A stretch of 63,514 nucleotides of DNA, counting the filler, from Octopus bimaculoides (lineage: Eukaryota), in the NCBI RefSeq assembly GCF_001194135.2. It is 5 parts of 4 records of this genome, joined end to end, with 100 filler letters (N's around TTAATTAATTAA, not from the genome) between each part and the next. Parts side by side here need not be neighbours in the genome. Positions count along the whole stretch, not along the records: positions 23,272 to 31,615 come from NC_068987.1; positions 31,716 to 57,427 come from NC_068993.1; 3 more parts are not named here. One strand, given 5' to 3'. Shown here one piece after another: positions 26,363 to 38,847 of the stretch (position 1 is the first letter of the stretch; each line of letters begins with the position of its first letter). A model generated the notes under the pieces. It was given only the letters and a program-made list of their open reading frames with translations, was not told the DNA's origin and searched no databases. Position numbers and translations under genes: made by a program.

Positions 26363-27164
26363 NNNNNNNNNNNNNNNNNNNNNNNNNNNNNNNNNNNNNN
26401 NNNNNNNNNNNNNNNNNNNNNNNNNNNNNNNNNNNNNNNNNNNNNNNNNNNNNNNNNNNNNNNNNNNNNNNNNNNNNNNNNNNNNNNNNNNNNNNNNNNN
26501 NNNNNNNNNNNNNNNNNNNNNNNNNNNNNNNNNNNNNNNNNNNNNNNNNNNNNNNNNNNNNNNNNNNNNNNNNNNNNNNNNNNNNNNNNNNNNNNNNNNN
26601 NNNNNNNNNNNNNNNNNNNNNNNNNNNNNNNNNNNNNNNNNNNNNNNNNNNNNNNNNNNNNNNNNNNNNNNNNNNNNNNNNNNNNNNNNNNNNNNNNNNN
26701 NNNNNNNNNNNNNNNNNNNNNNNNNNNNNNNNNNNNNNNNNNNNNNNNNNNNNNNNNNNNNNNNNNNNNNNNNNNNNNNNNNNNNNNNNNNNNNNNNNNN
26801 NNNNNNNNNNNNNNNNNNNNNNNNNNNNNNNNNNNNNNNNNNNNNNNNNNNNNNNNNNNNNNNNNNNNNNNNNNNNNNNNNNNNNNNNNNNNNNNNNNNN
26901 NNNNNNNNNNNNNNNNNNNNNNNNNNNNNNNNNNNNNNNNNNNNNNNNNNNNNNNNNNNNNNNNNNNNNNNNNNNNNNNNNNNNNNNNNNNNNNNNNNNN
27001 NNNNNNNNNNNNNNNNNNNNNNNNNNNNNNNNNNNNNNNNNNNNNNNNNNNNNNNNNNNNNNNNNNNNNNNNNNNNNNNNNNNNNNNNNNNNNNNNNNNN
27101 NNNNNNNNNNNNNNNNNNNNNNNNNNNNNNNNNNNNNNNNNNNNNNNNNNNNNNNNNNNNNNNN

Positions 27165-27195
<31 letters not shown>

Positions 27196-28924
27196 TGCAA
27201 AGTCGTAACCAACCCGCTTTTTTTTTTTGTTTTGTTCTGTTTTGTTTTGTTTCTGCAAGAATAGCTTATCCACAGAATGAGACAATTGGGCACAGTTGTT
27301 TACCGCTGAAACAGCTGTTATGAGCCTTTAAAATTCATTTGTGTTATTTTATCTTTTATCTTTTACTTGAAGAATTCACGCCTTGAAGAATTCACAGCAA
27401 TACTTTTATTTATTATTTTTTAAAATTTGATTGGCCCGTGGCTAAAGCAGAAAACACTTGCCTAAGGTGCCATGCAGTTGGACTGAACCCGGAACGAACC
27501 ATGTGTTTGGATATTTCAATATAGCAACGAGCTGGGTTTCTTGTAGTAATTCAGCCATCTTAAATGTAATGAGTCTCGTAAGTTAAGGCTGCAATCATGC
27601 AATGATTTTACTACAATATTATGATTATACGTAAATCCACATTTCAGTTCATTATAAAATACAGGATTAGCAGTTATGGTTTCGTATTTCGTTGCTAGGC
27701 CTGTGGATTCTGTTGTTCTTGTTTATCCGCAAATAAGCCATGATCACTGTGAGCTATAAAGAGCGACATTTAAGTCACAATCGTCTCAACTTTCTTTACT
27801 TTTTCCAGAAATACGTCGCAATGTATTAAACAATAAGGTTGGTGCAAAGACACGTATCCATACACATGAACAGGCACGCACACACACATATACATACACA
27901 CTCATACACCCAAAAAGATCGGGAAAAAGGACCAAATACAGAAGCATATATTTATACACTCATAAACCTATATATGCATGCGTATGCAAAATGAACAGTA
28001 TGTATATGATTATAGATATCAAATTTTGTTTTTGTTTTTGTTTTTATCTACTGCTAAGAAAGTAGGTTGAGGTTTGAGTGCTATTTGACTGTTATTTCTA
28101 GCATTTATATTTTGTTTAATCGTGACTACATGCACACCCTCAGTCAGATTTGTATGAATCTATATCGAAATCCGGGCTTAACCATCCACCAGCGTAGATT
28201 AGACGTTAAGCAAACGAAAAAAAAGTTTACCTAACACACAATAGATCAAACGAATTAACTAATTCTATTTTCTTAGTAAAAGGGAAAATTTGACACGGCT
28301 GACACTTCAAATCAGAAGCAAATGAGATAGCAGAAAATATTTTACAATAAATTTAGTCTGGCGTCTCTCTGTCTCGTTTATTTTCCCTACTACCACCACT
28401 ACAAAGCATTAACGTCCTGGGATAATGTGGTTAAACAGCGAGATTTCCTCAAGGCTGTTTGCCATAATAAATAAATAAATATCGTAAACTATGATGAAAG
28501 TTAAAGATAGATTCAGAACTATTTCGTCCAGAGATTTTAAAGATCACTTCCCATTTACCCTAGTTTTATTTATTTATTTATTTATTTTCTGTTTTTGTTC
28601 TGCATTCTGGGGTTTGCTTCACAACAGCAGAATTGCTCTAAAGGCTGAAGAACAAGTGATAAGTTTCTGACACACGTATATACACAATTTCTTTTAAATT
28701 GAATTTTTGTATTCGCACATACACACGTNNNNNNNNNNNNNNNNNNNNNNNNNNNNNNNNNNNNGGGGGGGGGGGGTACACACGTACATAGATTCATTTT
28801 CTTTTTAATACATGTGTGAGTCGGTGTATGCGAATTTTTCAAAATTTATTGTTTGTCGACAGCTAAAGAAAGCAGTACTCAGTACATGATGCAGAGAATA
28901 TGGCTTACTTAAATTGAGTTCCTC

Positions 28925-28967
28925 TCTCGCAACTCTAGTTTCATGCCACAGCGTTCATCAGGCGAGA
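28925..28967 (-). ncRNA. Type I hammerhead ribozyme (short stem III)
   Basis: UCUCGC CUGAUGA ACGC ugug GCAU GAAA CUAGAG UU GCGAGA: perfect 6-bp stem I, canonical CUGAUGA/GAAA core, stem II 3 of 4 pairs, GUU cleavage triplet. Confidence 0.75.
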
Positions 28968-29224
28968 CCTGATACTCATCGGTGTGAGCGTCTTTATTCT
29001 TTGATACCTCTTTTGGTTGGTCTCATGTACTTCTACTTATTTTGTTTTTATTATGGCTTTCTGTATAGTAGTTTATTTCATTTGTGGTTTCTAATATTAC
29101 TTTAGGCCATTTTAAATGTGGGTTATTGATATCTGCTTAACCCCAACGTAACATCAAGCAGCGAGTTTCTTCTACCTCTGTAGCTCACTTGCTACTCTTT
29201 TTTCTTTCTTTTTCTCACAATACA

Positions 29225-29258
<34 letters not shown>

Positions 29259-29444
29259 CATACATACATATCAGCTACTATTCTCAGAACAAAAACTAGT
29301 ATTCTTTCTCTGATGAGAGCTTAGCAAAACTAGAAACGAACCAATCGACCTCATTTTCAGCTCTGTGATATCAGGTGCTGTATTTATTGTTCGCTCGAAA
29401 TTGTATGTGCACCTTTTCTTTCTGCATGTATTACATGGAGAACA

Positions 29445-29570
29445 GTGTGGTTGTCATCGTAGCACTTTAGGCAAGTGTCTTCTACTATAACCTCGAGCCG
29501 CGCAAAGCCTTGTGAGTGGATTTAGTAGAAGGGAATTGAAAGAAGCCCATCGTATATACATATATATATG

Positions 29571-29642
<72 letters not shown>

Positions 29643-30702
29643 AGCTGTTGTACCCGGCGTTGCTTGGGTTTTCTATGTTAAGGATAAGCCTATGCTGTTG
29701 TAACTGTTGCTTGATGAAATTTCTTTCTGAATCTTACGGATGACGTCATGTTCGAGGTAATTTAGCAGAGGTACCCGATAATTCACGAGTTGATTGGAGT
29801 ATTGTTCAATTGTACGCAAAATGTCTATTAATTTGATTATATTCCCCTGCTCGCGCGCAATTATCGATTTTGTGTCAACTCGACGCATTCAACTTATGGA
29901 CATGAACTGTAATCACGTGTAACATATCTTAAAAATCGATAGAATAGTCTCTGAAAATAGCTGATACACGCTTGTAATTAAATTAAATTAAAACCTTTAC
30001 CGTCTCCCCTACCATAAAATTTACCTAAATCTCAAATTTCATTAAAATCGGATGAAAAATATAAAAGTTACGGCCAAAAATAAAATCCCTATGGGTATTT
30101 GCACGCAAAAAGGCTATTGATAACCACTGCTCAGGCGCAATTATAGATTTTTTCTCAACGCCATGTACTGACATCAACTCACTGCCATGAGCCTCGCTCA
30201 CTCATCGATTTTCATCAAAATCGGACAAAAAATGCAAATGCTGCAGGAAAAATAACATCGTTATGGGAATTTCCATTCAAACTCCCAATTGAGCTCACAA
30301 AAATCGATGCCAACTGAGCATTAGTGAGTTTTCGAAAAATTCCAGCCTTATTTGAACTTCAAGGTATGTGATCTACCTATGTGCCAAAAATCATTAAAAT
30401 CGGTTGGACGGTGTGGGAGGAGTTAGAGTAACCCCAAACACATGCGCAAACAGACATCATTACACATTTATGTATATATATTTATGTGTGTGTCTTTGTG
30501 TCTTTATTTTCCCCTCCCGCATTGCTTGTCAACCTATGCTGGTGTGTTTATGTCTCCGTAACTTAGCGGTTCGGCAAAAAGATCGATGGGATAAGTACTA
30601 GGCTTACAAAGAATAAGTCCTGGGTCGATTTCTTCGACTAAAACCCTTTAAGGTGGTGCTCCAGCATGGCCGCAGTCAAATGATTGCAACAAATAAAAGA
30701 AT
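29445..30702 (+). mobile_element. SINE family A split by a Helitron insertion
   Basis: Head 29445-29555, (TG)n to 29640, tail resumes at 30483-30702. Confidence 0.8.
29641..30482 (-). mobile_element. Non-autonomous Helitron (~840 bp), apparently complete
   Basis: Minus-strand 3' end CCCAAGCAACGCCGGGTACAACAG-CTAG|T; 5' end TATATATACATAAAATG..GTCTGTTTG; three internal AAAATCGG-containing repeats. Confidence 0.7.
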
Positions 30703-30709
30703 ATATATA

Positions 30710-31378
30710 ATCTACAATTTTCTACAAAGCTATATGATTTTCAAGGCTCCTCCTCCAAAATTCACTTGTCTGCGAGGAAAAATATTCCTCCAGTACTGTT
30801 CTGACTTCCTCTACAGAATTCATATTTTTTCCACCCAANNNNNNNNNNTAAAACCAAAGATGGTCGTTTTCTGATGGCACGCAGGTGTCGATGAATGGTT
30901 GAATGACCAAATCCAAACTTCTCTGCTAGTTCCTCAACAGTTACGATGGGATTTTGTTCCACCAGAGTTTTGCAGGACACTCTCATCGAACTCTACAGAT
31001 CATTCAAGATGAGGCTCATCTTCTAGGCTGTATTTTCTGGCTCAGAATTTCTGGAACCACTGTTGACACTGGCTTACGCTTATTGTCCGATCCCCACATA
31101 CTGCATTGATATTCCGCGCACTTTCCGTTGTGCTGTTGCTTTTATTGAACACATAAAGCAAAATATGTTGAATATGCTCGTTTGTCACTTCCATTATAGA
31201 TTTGAAAAATAACTGTTAAAACCGAACTGCATTCTTCAAAACTTGCACTAAGAATAAGGACAAGATAAAATTACTACCTGCTTTTATAGTAAGTTGATGC
31301 AGGTAGTTTATTCTGTTCCCCTCCAACTTTTAGTTCATTCAATTGAAAAAACCGCATTATTTATGGGATGACCCAATA
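30710..31378 (-). mobile_element. Mariner (Hsmar1-like) remnant with 5' TIR, defective transposase
   Basis: TIR TATTGGGTCATCCCATAAATAATGCGG next to TA; ATG at 31194 gives MEVTNEHIQHILLYVFNKSNSTTESARNINAV..QWFQKF*; then KTLVEQNPIVTVEELAEKFGFGHSTIHRHLRAI and C-terminal EEYFSSQTSEFW; catalytic core absent (11-N gap). Confidence 0.85.
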
Positions 31379-31380
31379 TA

Positions 31381-31615
31381 TCATCATCATCATCATCGTC
31401 GTCGTTTAACGTCCGCTTTCCATGCTAGCATGGGTTGGACGATTTGACTGAGGACTGGTGAAACCGTATGGCAACACCAGGCTCCAATCTAATTTGGCAG
31501 AGTTTCTACAGCTGGATGCCCTTCCTAACGCCAACCACTCAGAGAGTGTAGTGGGTGCTTTTACGTGTCACCCGCACGAAAACGGCCACGCTCGAAATGG
31601 TGTTTTTTATGTGCC
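31381..31615 (-). mobile_element. SINE family D 3' part with RTE-type (GAT)n tail
   Basis: GGCGTTAGGAAGGGCATCCAGCTGTAGAAAC...AACCCATGCTAGCATGGAAAGCGGACGTTAAACGACGACGATGATGATG. Confidence 0.7.
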
Positions 31616-31715
31616 NNNNNNNNNNNNNNNNNNNNNNNNNNNNNNNNNNNNNNNNNNNNTTAATTAATTAANNNNNNNNNNNNNNNNNNNNNNNNNNNNN
31701 NNNNNNNNNNNNNNN
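31616..31715. other. Artificial scaffold spacer
   Basis: TTAATTAATTAA at 31660-31671 with 44 N on each side. Confidence 0.95.
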
Positions 31716-31785
31716 CAAAACGTAAAAGACCCTCTCACTTTCCGAGCGTTAGACTAATACATCTGTTTGTTGTTGTTTACACAAC
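31716..31785 (+). mobile_element. Second copy of the 24875-25010 Penelope-like repeat, cut by the spacer
   Basis: AAACGTAAAAGACCCTCTCACTTTCCGAGCGTTAGACTAATACATC aligns with the reverse complement of 24880-24938. Confidence 0.6.
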
Positions 31786-31806
31786 CGTCTTTTTTTTTTT
31801 TAATTC

Positions 31807-31851
<45 letters not shown>

Positions 31852-32571
31852 ACTTTACCTTTCTTTAACTCAGTTTTTATCTCTGATACCGTCTTTTTGC
31901 GTCCCCAGTACATCATTATATCGCTGTCTACCTCTATTTTTGCTGTTGTTTCCCTTTCAATCAATATTTCCATCTCTCTTTTCTCTACTCTCCTTCCCCT
32001 TTTAATTTTCCCCCACTCTTTTTCTTTCCGCCAATTTCTCTTATCTTAATCTACGATTGCGCTTCTTTTTTTGGTAGATGGTTCTATATTCTTATACGTC
32101 TTTGCTATACTCGCATACACGTGCTCACGCTGACAAGCACACTCATTTATATCATCGATCATTCACACACATACATATATACATACATAATACATACATA
32201 CATGCAATCACACACAAGCGCACACACACAAACATATTCACACACACACACACACACTCACGCAAACACATATCCTCACACACAAGTACAAATACTTATT
32301 TAAACCCTCACGAACATTCATAAGCATATGAACATGATTACACACATATATACACAGACTCTCTCTCCCTCTCACTCTGTCCCACTCTCTTTCTGTCTCT
32401 CTCCCTAATTTCACCCCTTCACTGTTTATCATACTAACTTTCTGCTCACCATTGCCCTCTCTCTAAATCTCGATTTCTGTTCTTCCCCCCCTTCTCATTC
32501 CCAATCTATCTCTGTTTCATTTTCGCTCCCATTGTCTCCTGCTCCACCCGCTACCTTCCAATCGAACAAAG

Positions 32572-32634
32572 GATTCTACACAACAGAAAGCTATCCTAAC
32601 AAAAACGAGGTCAACATTTGTCAAAAGCCAGGCT
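32572..32634 (+). CDS. Candidate phase 1-1 exon (xFYTTESYPNKNEVNICQKPG)
   Basis: Long pyrimidine tract then aacaaAG; donor T|GTAAGC; joins in frame to 33315-33409. Confidence 0.4.
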
Positions 32635-33314
32635 GTAAGCTATTCAGGTTTTTAATTAGTTTGTTTATTTAGTGTTTTGATGTCAGCCATCTCATTACAA
32701 TAACAACAACAACAACTACATTCACAACAACAATTTCTCCCATCAGTACAAAGTCGTTATATTTGTATGTTGGATATTGTACAGTCTATTGGATTTATAC
32801 TATTACATGTTTCGTTGTTTCATTTTATTGATCCAGAAAGGATGGAAAACAAACTTGACCTCAGTCAAGATTTGAACTCAAAGTACTGAACGACAAAGAA
32901 AAAAAACAAAAGGAAAAAAACAACATTCAAATATCTAATTTCAATACGGCAACCTTAAGCTTTTGTTATTTCCCCACGACTGAACTCATCCAGCTTCCAG
33001 ACGTTCTTTAAATAGCACCATGCTCTCTTAAGTTTAAAAAAAAAGAAAGAGAAAAGGCAAGGATGCATTCAACAGTATAGTCTCTGACATATATATTTAT
33101 ATATATTTATATATATATGTTTTAAATTTGTGTATGGGAAAAGTTTTGAATATGCTGAATATGCAAATAAAACTCCTATCCTATCATGCTGCCCACAGGG
33201 GTTGAATCAAGTTGTACCGATACAATGTAGTATACATATAATGATAATAACAATAATACTTTGATAGAATTTATAAATATTTGATGCATCACTACGCGCG
33301 TTTCCACAAATCAG

Positions 33315-33409
33315 ATGTCTCTAAAGATCACAATCCGTATTCCTGGGATGGTTACAATGCAGTTCGTACTATCCATGGGTTGATCATCTTCATGGATACA
33401 TTTCTTCAG
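33315..33409 (+). CDS. Probable internal exon of an unidentified gene (xVSKDHNPYSWDGYNAVRTIHGLIIFMDTFLQ)
   Basis: Acceptor gcgtttccacaaatcAG, donor CAG|GTGAAT; the only open frame of three over 95 nt; complex non-repetitive peptide. Confidence 0.55.
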
Positions 33410-34005
33410 GTGAATTTATAAATAAATAAATAAATAAATATATATATATANNNNNNNNNNNNNNNNNNNNNNNNNNNNNNNNNNNNNNNNNNNNNNNNNN
33501 NNNNNNNNNNNNNNNNNNNNNNNNNNNNNNNNNNNNNNNNNNNNNNNNNNNNNNNNNNNNNNNNNNNNNNNNNNNNNNNNNNNNNNNNNNNNNNNNNNNN
33601 NNNNNNNNNNNNNNNNNNNNNNNNNNNNNNNNNNNNNNNNNNNNNNNNNNNNNNNNNNNNNNNNNNNNNNNNNNNNNNNNNNNNNNNNNNNNNNNNNNNN
33701 NNNNNNNNNNNNNNNNNNNNNNNNNNNNNNNNNNNNNNNNNNNNNNNNNNNNNNNNNNNNNNNNNNNNNNNNNNNNNNNNNNNNNNNNNNNNNNNNNNNN
33801 NNNNNNNNNNNNNNNNNNNNNNNNNNNNNNNNNNNNNNNNNNNNNNNNNNNNNNNNNNNNNNNNNNNNNNNNNNNNNNNNNNNNNNNNNNNNNNNNNNNN
33901 NNNNNNNNNNNNNNNNNNNNNNNNNNNNNNNNNNNNNNNNNNNNNNNNNNNNNNNNNNNNNNNNNNNNNNNNNNNNNNNNNNNNNNNNNNNNNNNNNNNN
34001 NNNNT

Positions 34006-34640
34006 CCGGTAACATAAAAGTCTGGAGTTCTGGAGCTGATGAACTTTCTGAATGCACTTTCAGCATCGGTTTGATTTTTGAACTCTTCTCGCAGGGAACC
34101 ATCAACTTCTGGAGGGCCATTAGTAAAACGTATGGTCGAGCATTGTCATGAAGAATGATCGTCCCTCTTCTGTTGATAAGTCTGCGACGGAGGAGTAGAA
34201 GTTTTTCGTTCATTTTGTCAATTTCATGGTAACATGTTTCTGCAGTAACGGATTTTCCGGTTTTAAGAAGTTATAGTGGATGAGTCCAGCAGTACAACAC
34301 CAAACAGTCACTATAACTTTCTTTTTGAAGAGCTCGGGTTTAGGGAAAATTTTCGGTGCTTCATTTTGGTCCAGCCGGTGCGAAGAACGTGTTTTTATTA
34401 TTGTACAGAATCCACTTTGCATCGCAAGTTACAATACGGTTGAGAAATGGATTGGTTTGGTTACAGAGAAGTGACGAGCAGCAAATTTCATATCTGCGCA
34501 TTTTCTGATTTTCATTTAAATCGTGTGGTACCAATTTGTCGAGCTTTTTTGATTTTCTGATCGCATGCAAATGGTTGCAGGCACTTTTCTGGCTAATTTT
34601 ATTGCCAGTAGCTTCAACGGAAAGTGTATACAGCATATGC
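34006..34640 (-). pseudogene. Mariner (Hsmar1-like) transposase remnant
   Basis: LVPHDL (WVPHEL motif), IVTCDAKWILYNN, PKPELFKKKVIVTVW, LHDNARPY, then a jump to QTDAESAFRKFISSRTPDFY; the YSPDLAPSD region is deleted. Confidence 0.9.
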
Positions 34641-35269
34641 ACTCCTTTAGGTGTAGGGATAGGGAACACTTCACCTCTCTCTCCCGTTTTAGCTGGAAGC
34701 TACGTGACCATCGGAACGATTTTCCAGCATGGAATGGAGTACCACTGTAAATGTGAATTCCTCAAACTTTAGATTTGATAACACAGACACTGGAATTTGA
34801 ACGTACACTTCATGATACTGTAAACATGGAGAACAAAAAAAAAAAAAAAAAAAAAATGAAAGGACATGTTAATATTACAAGCCAGTGGAAAATACTGAGT
34901 ATAGTCCAGCTTTCGGAGGAAAAAAAAACATAAAGTATGTTACAAAAGGTTGTGCTTCTTTGCTCGATGAATTTATCTTTTAAAGGAAAAGAGGCAAAGT
35001 GACATTTTCCTTTTTATCAAAGGTGGAGAAGACTTCATTAAGCTCACAAAGAAATGTATGTATGTATGTATAACAATCGATGTACATTCCAAAACATTTT
35101 GTCACCCTCTTTTGTGACATATTGTATGAATGAGTGGAGTTTTGTGGTTAGTAACTAAGACAATATTATTCTTATTATTATTGCAGAAAGTGTAGTTTCA
35201 TTAGAGTGTCGCGCAAAATATTTCATATTATTTAGTTCCATATATATTCACAGTCTAAATTAAAATCGG

Positions 35270-35520
35270 ACAAAGGAGAACACCTTACCTTTCAATCTTT
35301 CGGTTTCGATAAAACAAAGAACTGAGTAACTACTGGAAATCATGTATTTGACTATTTCACTATTTGAAAATTCATTATATCAACAGCCTTGCAGAATATG
35401 TTTCTGCTCTTTGAATTCCGAATACAAATATCGCTGAACTCAACGTTACCTTAATCACTTCCGGAATTGATAAAGTAGGACTGAAGTACTGGGTCATTGC
35501 TCGCGGTAAATCCCTTTTAA
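35270..35520 (+). mobile_element. Two degenerate SINE family C fragments, sense orientation
   Basis: CCTTTCAATCTTTCGGTTTCGATAAAA and CCTTAATCACTTCCGGAATTGATAAAGTAGG..AGTACTGGGTC. Confidence 0.6.
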
Positions 35521-36369
35521 TCAGGAAAGAGGGGCAGTGGCCATGATCCTCCATAAGACCTACGGATCTTTTGGGTGAGTGGTATGACAGAAAACTCAAA
35601 CCAGAGACCGGACCCAGTTTGATAATATTTCATGAGAGGGCTCCGCTGAAGCATTCTAAGAACCAAGTGAAGTTAAACTGGTTAACGGTTTAAGTCTACT
35701 CTACCACTTAAGTAGGCTATGGTGGGATTTGAACTCAGAACGCAAAGAGCCGGAACAAATATCGCAAATCGTCTGATCCGACATTCTTGTAGTTTCACCA
35801 ATTCATCACCCTTGAATGGTACGTTTGTTTTCGATTTTGCATTTTTTTTTCGATCAAATCCACCGACACACTACTGATCACCAACCTTAGCCTATAGTAG
35901 ACAATAACGTGTTATTCATTGCACCATGAAGTTAGTCCGCAATCGGGTCCACCTGGAGGCGAATCGGCTATCTTATTTACACATCTACAACTGCACCTGA
36001 AATAAAAAATAACAGACATTATCAATTAGACTTTTCAAGAAACATATTCGAAAACCCAGTTTACGACTTACTAATATTATGAAACTAAAATTTGCAAGCA
36101 CTTGCTAAGAAATATGAAATATGAGTATCCGATCTAAGAAAATATCTTTCTGAGACATTTGATTACATTTAGAGTAAACTAATGGATGAAAGTCTCCGAG
36201 ATAATTAACATTTAAATTTGGACCAAATTACATTAAAAAAATCATTATAAATCTGGTTCTACTGATAAGGCCACGATTTCTGTGATTACAAAAGACGGGC
36301 TGCATATTCTAAGTACAGCAGTGATTCTATTGAGGGGTTGGGTGGGAGGTAAAGAAACAAGGGCGAGGA

Positions 36370-36976
36370 AAAGTGAGAGGGAGGTGGTGATGGTAGTGGA
36401 GGTGGTGGTTGTGGTTGTGGTGGTGGTGGTGGTGGTTATGTCACACGTATGACACTAAGTCGATAAGAAAGAATGTCATGTACAAACATTTGTAGATGCA
36501 TTCCATTCCATATGCCATAAATTGCAACACTGATGCAAGGTTGTTTTCGTTACTTACCTACCTCCCACCATCACGGCCAAATACAACAACCGTCATCACC
36601 ACCATCTTTCCCGTCTCCGTCGTCGCCACCGTCACCACCGTCACTGTTCTCACTGTCACTACTACTGCAGTCATCGCTATCACCACCACTACAGCTGCCC
36701 TCACACTTCTTGCTATCAGTACCACCACCACCACCACCACCATCAGCACTGCCACCACCACAACCACGACCACAACCACCAGCAACAACAGCAGCCGCAC
36801 CACCACCAGTACAGCCAACACCGTCATCACCGTCACAACCACCATCACTATCACAAACACTACTACNNNNNNNNNNNNNNNNNNNNNNNNNNNNNNNNNA
36901 AAACCATCGAATATATCACCATAACAACAACCATCATTAAAATGACGACCATATCTGTCAGTTCTATCTCCATAAC

Positions 36977-37025
<49 letters not shown>

Positions 37026-37044
37026 CACAGTAATCTCCATTACT

Positions 37045-37092
<48 letters not shown>

Positions 37093-37178
37093 GTTGTTAT
37101 CAAAAGCAGCAGCGGCAGCAAAAGAACAGTAGCAGTAGCAGCAGCAGCAGCAGCAGTAGCAGCAGTAGCAGCAGCAGC
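36370..37178. repeat. Compound trinucleotide microsatellite field (GGT, ACC, TAC, CAT, CAG)
   Basis: Direct reading; source of the Thr/Pro/His/Ser homopolymer ORFs. Confidence 0.9.
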
Positions 37179-37346
37179 ACGGCATCACCGCTTTTAAGAT
37201 CAGCGACAGAAATTTTCACAAGACATAACTCCCACAGGTGTGATAGATTCAACCCCCACACCACCCATACACCCACCGACATGCCACCTAATCTCTTACC
37301 AATGATATCAACTTTATCCAGGGGTCAACATTCCCACGAGAAAAAC

Positions 37347-37382
<36 letters not shown>

Positions 37383-37410
37383 CATACATATACATCAATA
37401 CCTATATATG

Positions 37411-37444
<34 letters not shown>

Positions 37445-37566
37445 TGCATGGATACATAATCTCTATATATGTATATATACACATTATACAGACATGTATG
37501 TCTATACATACACATACACACACGCAAACACAAATACATATTGGGGGTTTGTTATCATTACTCCAG

Positions 37567-37598
37567 AACGGGTCACAATTCTACATGGCCCCTGTATG
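37567..37598 (+). CDS. Candidate 32-nt micro-exon
   Basis: Acceptor tttgttatcattactccAG and donor ATG|GTAAGA; all three frames open (NGSQFYMAPV / RVTILHGPCM / TGHNSTWPLY). Confidence 0.4.
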
Positions 37599-38847
37599 GT
37601 AAGATAAAGATGATAAAGACTACCCGATGTTTGCTTTTGGTTTCATTCATACAAACGTCTATTTATTTATTTATTTATTTGTTTATTTATTTATTTAATT
37701 TGTGTTTCATTTTTATTTCCCTTCTATTCTGGCAATGTGACCTAGCAAATCTAAAATATCTGCAAATGTGATCATGAAAATCATTTCTTTTTTTTTTTTT
37801 TTGCATTTAATATATATATTTCCACACAATAAATCCAATTTTTTAAACTTTTATGTTGTTTCTTTTCGTCCTTTGCAGATCATTTTTGTTTTGGAAAAAG
37901 TAAAAAAAAAACAAAAAAACATTTTTTTTTTCCATCGTTTGTTTCGTCATTTGAAGTCAAAAGCTATGACTTTTAAGCCTTCATGGACCCTTGACAAAGA
38001 TCAAGGCCGAATTTCTAAACCCTGTGTCAAACAAACAAAAAGAAAAAAAAAGAGAAAAATAAAACGTAATATCTTTTGCTCCCAGTCTATTTCTCTGAAA
38101 TGTTTATCAGATATTCCACTAAGATAAGGGTTTTTTTTCACAAACACGATAAATATTAGATGTCACTGTGTTGGCCAACAAGCTTCAATATGAAATAGAC
38201 TTAGCAAAGCACGAGAAACCCGTATAGATGAGTGGGTAACGTTGCTGAACAACCAAATGGAAGCAAGAGCGGTTCGCCTCCTGATAACAGCAGTGTCATA
38301 TGTTAATGTCTAAGAGTCTTTTAGTATCTCAATTTACTTAGATACAACTATCATACGATGTGAAGGCAAAGAGGTACAAACATACGTGATGGACTTGTTT
38401 ATGCTGTTGTTTAATTCCCGGTTAAGTCTTATTTATGAGACCTGTTATGAAAGACGTTACGAACTTGTGTATCTTGTGTATCTTTTCTTTTTTTTTACAG
38501 GCACAATATACTTACAACTATTCTATTTGATGAGCCGTTACGAAAGACTTTGAAGAGCCATTTGAGGGAAATTTGTCAACTATTTCTGAAATTGACTATT
38601 TATCTCCTGCTGTGTGTTTGGTGTGTATGCGTGCGTATGTGTGTGTGTGTGTGAGTGTCGGTTTATTTGTGTATGTGCGTGCGTATGTTTACACAGAAGC
38701 ACACTTATGCATTAATAAATATATATTTGAAGAAATGAGTAGAGATGGCTTTGTAGGGGGGATAATTTTTATTTTAATCCCCACCCCCAAAGTCATCTCA
38801 TTTATCCAAATATATTATACTGTACCAAGAAACTTTATATATACATA

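Noticed and set aside
27809-27837. 29-nt plus-strand micro-exon (xIRRNVLNNK) after a strong pyrimidine tract
   Set aside because: Isolated, with a moderate donor and no partner exon in the segment.
35287-35330. Minus-strand exon with an AAG|GTAAGG donor
   Set aside because: The sequence is a SINE-C fragment.
36496-37607. Mucin-like Thr-rich and poly-Y/H/S ORFs
   Set aside because: Compound trinucleotide microsatellites that are open on both strands.
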